This document shows positions 58,267 through 64,000 of a stretch of DNA of 64,000 bases, one piece after another. The first letter of the stretch is position 1, and the number at the start of each line of letters is the position of its first letter. The position numbers and the translations under genes are program-made. This stretch comes from an uncultured Chromatiaceae bacterium (GTDB lineage: Bacteria > Pseudomonadota > Gammaproteobacteria > DRLM01), in NCBI GenBank assembly GCA_945787555.1, contig CALZJG010000122.1, positions 5,674 through 69,673 of the forward strand. Reading direction: 5' to 3'. Below the pieces are notes generated by a model. The model did not search any database. It saw only the letters and a list, made by a program, of their open reading frames with translations, and had not been told where the DNA came from.

Positions 58267-61098
58267 ATGGTGCCATCCGACTTAACTGCCCTGCGCCGGC
58301 GCTTCGTGTTCACGGTGGCGGTCTCGCTACCGCTCATTGCTGTCGCAGGCGGTGCGCTCGCCATTTGGGTGCACGGCATCGCGACTCGCGATTTGACTGG
58401 CACGTCCACCTTCTGGCAATGGACTATACTGGTCGCAAGTTGGTGGCTAGCTAGCCTGACGCATTTCTTGCGCACCACGCGGCGTGCCACCGAGAACCTA
58501 GATAGCGAGGCCACGGCCGATCTGCGCGAGCAAGCCGCCCAACGCCTATCGAGGCTACCTAGGCATTATGGGGGGTGGCTGTTAGCCTACATCCTGGTCG
58601 CGCCGGCGCTAGCCAGTCTCACTATCACGACTGACCCGGGCGCACTCGCCGGCATCGCCCTGGCCCACCTGTTGAGTGCTGGATTATTGGGTGTCGCACC
58701 CTATCTTTATCTCTCCAGCCTCAGCGGCCGCATGCTCGCCTCCTCCACGCTGACGCGCATTTATCTGTCGGTCGAAAATAAACTCATGCTGTTCGGCGTC
58801 ATGATACCTCTCCTGACCGGCCTCACGCTGATGTACTACTACTGGTGGCGCACGGCCGTGCTCAACCCTGAAGTATTGCTGGTATGGAGCGGATTGGGCT
58901 TTATCAGCGTCATCACCGCCGCGGTCGGCATCCGCGACATCACGCTCGCCCTCAAGCCGGTGCGAAACCTCACTGAACTGCATCGTGAAACACTCGATCA
59001 CAAGACCCTCGCGGCACTGCGCCCCGCTTCCGGCGACGAGATCGGCTATCTGACGCAAACCGCCGCTGATCTGGGCCGCTGGTTGATCGCCCAGGAGCAG
59101 CAAGTACGCGCCCTGGTGGATACCGCCGCGGAAGGCATCGTGGTGGTCGATGAGCTCGGCCAAATCATCACCTTCAACCCCGCCGCGGAACAGTTGTTCG
59201 GCTACTCCGCCGACAGCGTAAGCGGGCAGCCCATCGCCACCCTGTTACCCGGCTTGGTGACTCTCTCCGGCGAAGTCATGCACAGCAGCGACGAACAGGA
59301 AACGCTGGGCCTGCATCGCAGCGGCCGCCAGATCGCCATGGCGGTACGCGTCAGCGTCATGACGATCGGCGGCAAGACGCTACACACTTTGCTCATCGCC
59401 GACATCTCGCCGCGCAAGCAAGCGCAGGAGCAATTGCGCGAGGCCGAGGCGCGTTATCGCGAATTGGTGGAAAGCGCCCATGATGTCGTGTGGAGCATGG
59501 ATGAACACTTGCACTGGACCTACCTCAATCCCGCCGCCGCGAATATCTACGCCGTGCCGCCCGCCGAAATGCTGGGCCGCAGCGTGCAGGAATTCCAAGC
59601 GCCGAAGCAGATCGAACACGAGCGCGGCGCGCTGGCACGCGCGCTCGCTGGCGAGACGCAAGTCGCCTACGAAACCACCCATCTCGATCACCATGAGCAG
59701 CCCAAGCACCTGAGCATTATCGCCAAGCCGCGCCGCGACAGTGAAGGCCGCATTATCGGAGTAAGCGGCATCACCCGCGACATTACCGCGCGCAAAGATT
59801 ACGAAGAGAAGCTGTCGCACCAAGCCACCCACGACGCACTCACCAGCCTGTTCAATCGCCGCTATTTTCTCCAAGAGCTGGAGCGCATGCTGGCCCGCGT
59901 CACCCGTGGCGGCGCCGGCGCGGCCTTGATGTATGTCGACCTCGATCAACTAAAATTCATCAACGACGCGCTCGGCCATGCGGCCGGCGACCGCCTACTC
60001 GTCGAATCGGCGCAAGTGATGAAAACACATATTCGCGAAGGCGATTTACTAGCGCGTTACGGCGGCGATGAATTCACCGTGCTGCTCTATAATGTCGATC
60101 TCGACGGTGCGCGCCGCGTCGCTGAGAACCTGCGGGCGCGCTTCTTCGAACATAAGTTCATCGAAGAAGGCAACATCTACGATCTGACTTTGAGTGTCGG
60201 TCTGTGCATGATCAATGCCTCAACCACCTCATCCAAGGCATGTCTTGAGCAGGCCGAACGCGCCTGCGGCCGCGCCAAAACGCTGGGTCGCAACCAGGTT
60301 GCCTCGGACGAAGGGGACGAAGTACATACCCAAGTGAGCGACGCGGCATGGAGCGAGCGCGTCCGCCGCTTGATCGATGCAGAGCGTGTGGAGCTGGTCT
60401 ATCAACCCATCGTCGCCGTGACTTCCGGCGGAGTATATGACTACGAGGTGTTGGCGCGTCTGATCGACGAGCAAGGCGAAATGGTCGCGCCAGGCGCCTT
60501 CATGCCCACGGCCGAGCGCTTGGGCCTGGCCTCACAACTCGATCGCATCATCACCACCAAAGCCATCAACCATTTGGCGGAATTACGGGAAGCCGGCTTG
60601 CCGTTACGTTTTTCAATCAATCTCACCGTACATGCGCTCAAGGATGATGAGTTGCTGCCGCTGATCCGCGATCGCTTGCGCCATCATCAGCTCAACGCCG
60701 CCGCGCTCACTTTCGAGATCAAGGAAACCGCCGCTATTACCGATCTCGCCGCTGCTTCGGCGTTCGTGTTGGCGATCAAGGGCATGGGTGCCAATGTCGC
60801 GCTGGATCAATTCGGTTTCGGCTTCAGCTCATTTACTTATCTGCGTCACTTGCCCGTCGACAAATTGAAGATCGACGGCTCCTACATCCAAAGCCTGCCG
60901 CAGTCGGTAGTCAACCAAACCGTAGTACGTTCCATGAACCAAGTCGCGCACGCGCTGGGCAAACTCACCGTCGCTGAGCATGTAGAGAACAAAGAAGTAA
61001 TGTCACTGCTGCGTGAATTAGGCGTGGACTATGCGCAAGGCTATCTGGTTGGAAAACCCGAAGCCGACATCAGCAAGGAGCGTTTCCTGATGCATTGA
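58267..61098 (+). CDS. membrane sensor PAS-PAS-GGDEF-EAL cyclic-di-GMP protein
   Basis: N-terminal multi-TM domain, two PAS segments, intact GGDEF (RYGGDEF), EAL domain (EVLARL..., DQFGFG, KIDGS). Confidence 0.88.
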   Translation: MVPSDLTALRRRFVFTVAVSLPLIAVAGGALAIWVHGIATRDLTGTSTFWQWTILVASWWLASLTHFLRTTRRATENLDSEATADLREQAAQRLSRLPRHYGGWLLAYILVAPALASLTITTDPGALAGIALAHLLSAGLLGVAPYLYLSSLSGRMLASSTLTRIYLSVENKLMLFGVMIPLLTGLTLMYYYWWRTAVLNPEVLLVWSGLGFISVITAAVGIRDITLALKPVRNLTELHRETLDHKTLAALRPASGDEIGYLTQTAADLGRWLIAQEQQVRALVDTAAEGIVVVDELGQIITFNPAAEQLFGYSADSVSGQPIATLLPGLVTLSGEVMHSSDEQETLGLHRSGRQIAMAVRVSVMTIGGKTLHTLLIADISPRKQAQEQLREAEARYRELVESAHDVVWSMDEHLHWTYLNPAAANIYAVPPAEMLGRSVQEFQAPKQIEHERGALARALAGETQVAYETTHLDHHEQPKHLSIIAKPRRDSEGRIIGVSGITRDITARKDYEEKLSHQATHDALTSLFNRRYFLQELERMLARVTRGGAGAALMYVDLDQLKFINDALGHAAGDRLLVESAQVMKTHIREGDLLARYGGDEFTVLLYNVDLDGARRVAENLRARFFEHKFIEEGNIYDLTLSVGLCMINASTTSSKACLEQAERACGRAKTLGRNQVASDEGDEVHTQVSDAAWSERVRRLIDAERVELVYQPIVAVTSGGVYDYEVLARLIDEQGEMVAPGAFMPTAERLGLASQLDRIITTKAINHLAELREAGLPLRFSINLTVHALKDDELLPLIRDRLRHHQLNAAALTFEIKETAAITDLAAASAFVLAIKGMGANVALDQFGFGFSSFTYLRHLPVDKLKIDGSYIQSLPQSVVNQTVVRSMNQVAHALGKLTVAEHVENKEVMSLLRELGVDYAQGYLVGKPEADISKERFLMH

Positions 61099-61207
61099 GC
61101 TGGCCGGCGTTAGCCTCATCGGTCCGAATTTGCTCTGACCCAGATCACTGTTGGCTTACTCACATCAGCTGGGCATGCGCAGAGAACCCCCCCTCCGTCG
61201 CGCGGCG

Positions 61208-62401
61208 TCAGCGCGGTAGCACACGACAAGTGAACGCTTTGAGATATTCCGTTTCCGGCACGACAGGCAGTATCGGATGATCGGGACCTTGATGGCCTTG
61301 TTCGAGTATGGTGAGGTGACGGTCGAGATGGCGGCTGCCTAGCGCCAGCAGGCGCAGCAATGCATCGCGCGCAAGATGGTAGGAACATGAGGCCGAGATC
61401 AGCACACCATCTTTGGCCAGCACTTGCATAGCCGCTTGATTGAGCCGCTGATAGGCGCTTTCCCCTGCACGCTGGTCTTTCTTTCGCTTGATGAAGGCCG
61501 GCGGATCGAGGATGACCACATCGTAGTGCTCACGCCCGGCGCGCAGATTCTTCAGCATCTCGAAGGCATCGCCTTGCAGGCCGCGCACACACTCATTGAC
61601 GCTATTTAACGCGGCATTTTCTTTCAGTTGTGCGAGCGCGCCGGCGGAACTGTCCACGCACACCACTTCATTTGCACCGGCGACGGCGGCTTGCACACCC
61701 CAGCCGCCGATGTAACTGAACACATCCAACACGCGCTTGCCGGGCACGTAGTGTTGCATCCGCGCACGGTTCATTCGGTGATCGTAGAACCAACCGGTTT
61801 TCTGGCCGCTGAGGATGGGCGCTTGGAAGCGCACGCCGTTTTCTTCCAAGTGGACGAGTTCGGGCGCCTCACCCAGCGTGACTTCGACATAGCTCTCCAG
61901 GCCTTCCAGGGCGCGGGCGCCAGTGTCGTTACGCAACACGATGCAGGTGGGTTTGATGACTTGCTGCAACGCGGCATTAATGTCGTCGCGCACCCGCTCC
62001 ATGCCGGCGGTGTTGACTTGCACTACCAGCACATCACCGTAACGATCGACGATCAAGCCGGGCAGGCCATCGCTGTCGCCATAGACCAAGCGATAGTAGG
62101 GACGGTCGAACAAACGCTCGCGCAGCGCCAACGCGACATTGAGACGATGCACCAATAGTGATTTGTTCAGCTGATATTGCGGATCGCGGCTCACCAGGCG
62201 CGCACAGATCAGCGTATGCGGATTCACATAGCCGCTGCCCAGCGCTTTACCCTGGTGGTCCTCAAGCAATACCGGTTGACCGGCTTCATATTGGGTGAGC
62301 GGCGTGCGCGCCACGTCGATTTCGTTGGAGTACACCCACACATGGCCGGCGCGCAGACGACGGTCTTCATTCTTTTTCAGGCGCAGGGGCGCAAGGGTCA
62401 T
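61208..62401 (-). CDS. rlmI: 23S rRNA m5C1962 methyltransferase RlmI (class I SAM MTase with PUA)
   Basis: 397 aa; N-terminal PUA (LKKNEDRRLRAGHVWVYSNEI), SAM-binding VLDVFSYIGGWG. Confidence 0.8.
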   Translation of the reverse strand: MTLAPLRLKKNEDRRLRAGHVWVYSNEIDVARTPLTQYEAGQPVLLEDHQGKALGSGYVNPHTLICARLVSRDPQYQLNKSLLVHRLNVALALRERLFDRPYYRLVYGDSDGLPGLIVDRYGDVLVVQVNTAGMERVRDDINAALQQVIKPTCIVLRNDTGARALEGLESYVEVTLGEAPELVHLEENGVRFQAPILSGQKTGWFYDHRMNRARMQHYVPGKRVLDVFSYIGGWGVQAAVAGANEVVCVDSSAGALAQLKENAALNSVNECVRGLQGDAFEMLKNLRAGREHYDVVILDPPAFIKRKKDQRAGESAYQRLNQAAMQVLAKDGVLISASCSYHLARDALLRLLALGSRHLDRHLTILEQGHQGPDHPILPVVPETEYLKAFTCRVLPR

Positions 62402-62471
62402 GGTCAGTCCTCGAGGTCAGGGCAGCGTGAAGCTTATGCCATAGCCGTTATGGCCGGCAACGCCGCCACCA

Positions 62472-63776
62472 TTAGTTCGCTGTAGTGAGCGGCAAACGCA
62501 GACTCACCCGCATCCCGCCATCGGACCGATCCACTAGATCAACGTCGCCGCCGTGATGATGAGCGATACCGCGCGCGATGCTCAAACCCAAGCCGACGCC
62601 GCCGGTCTCGCGACTACGCGAGCTTTCGAGTCGAAAGAAGGGAGCGAACACACGTTCGCGGAGTTCGGCTGGGATGCCAGGACCGCGATCGTCGATATGG
62701 ACGAGCGCGTGCCCGTCGCGCACTTCGATACTCACCGCCGCTTCGTTACCATAACGCACGGCATTGTCGATGAGATTGGCGAGCGCGCGCCGTAACGCGC
62801 TGGGTCGGCCGCGTATCACTAGATGATCAGGGCCGTGATAGCTTACGGGCTGGCGGGTATCGGCCAGGTCAGCGCACAGGCTTTGCAGCAACGCCGCCAA
62901 GTCCAACTTGGTCGTGGTCTCATGCTCGCTTTCGTCACGGGCATAGGCTAAGGCGCTTTCCACCATGGTCTGCATCTCGTCCAGATCCGCCAAGGCTTTA
63001 GTGCGCTGCTGTTCGTCGGCGATGTGCTCGGCACGCAAGCGCAAACGAGTGAGGGCAGTGCGCAAATCATGCGACATGGCGGCCAACATCAAGGTGCGAT
63101 CGGACAAATAGCGCCGGATGCGTGTTTGCATGACGTTGAAGGCGTGCGCGGTACGGCGCAGCTCGCGCGGCCCACGTTCCTCTAACGGTGGGGCGTTGAC
63201 GTCGGTGCCAAGACGCTCAGCGGCGGCGGTGAATTGCGTCAGGGGTCGCGTGACGCGGCGGGCAGCCCATAATGCCAGTACGACGACACCGCCGATGAAA
63301 ACCAGCAACGCCAGCAACCAACGCAGTTCACGACCTACACTGTGTGCCTCCGTAGTGGATAGCGCGTGCAGCCAGGTGTCGTCTTGTAGCCCTATCCAGA
63401 CATCGAGCGGCCGCAGATCGCGCACCAGGACGGTCATGCCCAGCCGGTCCAGTTGGCGCGACAGATCCTTGTGCAAATGTTGCGCAAAACGGCTCTCGGT
63501 GTTACTCGCTGCGCTGGGCGGGGTCGCCATCCAGCGATATTCATAGGGGGATTGCGAGGCGGCCAGCAACAAGCTGTCGCGCGTGACGGGCGGGGCGCCA
63601 TTGATCACCTGCGCGAGGGTGACCAAGCGCGTAATCAATTGCGGATAGCGCTCGCCGCGCTCATCGGCGCTCCAACCCGACGCCAGCACGATCGCCGTCG
63701 CGATGGCGGTCGCCAGCAGGCCAAATAACAACACAGCCATCAAGCGACCAGTGATGGTATCGGGAAACCCTCGCAT
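62472..63776 (-). CDS. two-component sensor histidine kinase
   Basis: Two TM helices flanking a periplasmic segment, H-box MSHDLRTALTRL, HATPase G-boxes (DRGPGIP, GGVGLGLSI). Confidence 0.85.
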   Translation of the reverse strand: MRGFPDTITGRLMAVLLFGLLATAIATAIVLASGWSADERGERYPQLITRLVTLAQVINGAPPVTRDSLLLAASQSPYEYRWMATPPSAASNTESRFAQHLHKDLSRQLDRLGMTVLVRDLRPLDVWIGLQDDTWLHALSTTEAHSVGRELRWLLALLVFIGGVVVLALWAARRVTRPLTQFTAAAERLGTDVNAPPLEERGPRELRRTAHAFNVMQTRIRRYLSDRTLMLAAMSHDLRTALTRLRLRAEHIADEQQRTKALADLDEMQTMVESALAYARDESEHETTTKLDLAALLQSLCADLADTRQPVSYHGPDHLVIRGRPSALRRALANLIDNAVRYGNEAAVSIEVRDGHALVHIDDRGPGIPAELRERVFAPFFRLESSRSRETGGVGLGLSIARGIAHHHGGDVDLVDRSDGGMRVSLRLPLTTAN

Positions 63777-64000
63777 CAGACATACTCCACATTTTGTGTA
63801 AACAAGTATCCGCCGCCGCGCACGGTTTTGATCAATGCGGGGGATTTGGGATCGGGCTCGATCTTGCGGCGCAGCCGACTGAGCTGTACGTCGATACTGC
63901 GATCGAACGCACCCGCCTCGCGGCCTTTGCTGATATCCAGCAATTGATCGCGGTTCAACACCCGTTGCGGATGAGTGACGAAGGCCGCCAGCAAATCGAA
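63776..64000 (-). CDS. OmpR-family response regulator, C-terminal winged-helix part; gene continues past the window end
   Basis: VRGGGYLF wing and DVQLSRLRRKI recognition helix; stop overlaps the kinase start (TGATG). Confidence 0.8.
   Translation of the reverse strand, partial: FDLLAAFVTHPQRVLNRDQLLDISKGREAGAFDRSIDVQLSRLRRKIEPDPKSPALIKTVRGGGYLFTQNVEYV

Noticed and set aside
1-64000. CRISPR arrays, transposases, integrases, prophage genes
   Set aside because: No regularly spaced direct repeats and no recombinase-like ORFs anywhere in the window.

Overview
This window is a 64-kb, high-GC (about 62-64%) chromosomal segment whose gene order matches Pseudomonas-like Gammaproteobacteria.

Order along the window:
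- On the minus strand: pth (5-prime partial), rplY, prs, tRNA-Gln, ispE, lolB and a TPR lipoprotein.
- On the plus strand: hemA, prfA, prmC, a JAMM/MPN protein and a single-domain response regulator.
- Minus-strand urea uptake: urtEDCBA with an outer-membrane porin and a TorF-family beta-barrel upstream.
- Minus-strand urease cluster: ureG, ureF, ureE, ureC, ureB, ureA, ureD.
- A low-GC islet with a yegP/DUF1508 gene.
- A CoA-binding protein and an M16 peptidase.
- tRNA-Arg, then a 620-bp gene-less spacer, then an unrecognised 383-aa lipoprotein and a small membrane ORF.
- An EEP-family gene with alsS, then dsbA.
- A cNMP-binding protein, engB, a candidate Spot42/ErsA-like sRNA, and polA.
- LOG, DUF2782 and DUF1624 proteins.
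- A complete gspCDEFGHIJKLMN type II secretion cluster.
- A CaCA exchanger.
- Two divergent L,D-transpeptidases next to an OprI/Lpp-like lipoprotein.
- TRAP transporter dctQM with dctP convergent to it.
- A PAS-GGDEF-EAL sensor.
- rlmI.
- An OmpR-type two-component pair (response regulator partial at the window end).

No CRISPR array, transposase or integrase was seen.

The most unusual non-genic signals are:
- A predicted sigmaE/AlgU-promoted sRNA between polA and engB, with CU-rich loops and an intrinsic terminator.
- A 77-126 bp element with terminal inverted repeats that fills two intercistronic gaps of the urease operon (ureF|ureG and ureC|ureE).
- An orphan lipoprotein plus small transmembrane ORF downstream of tRNA-Arg.
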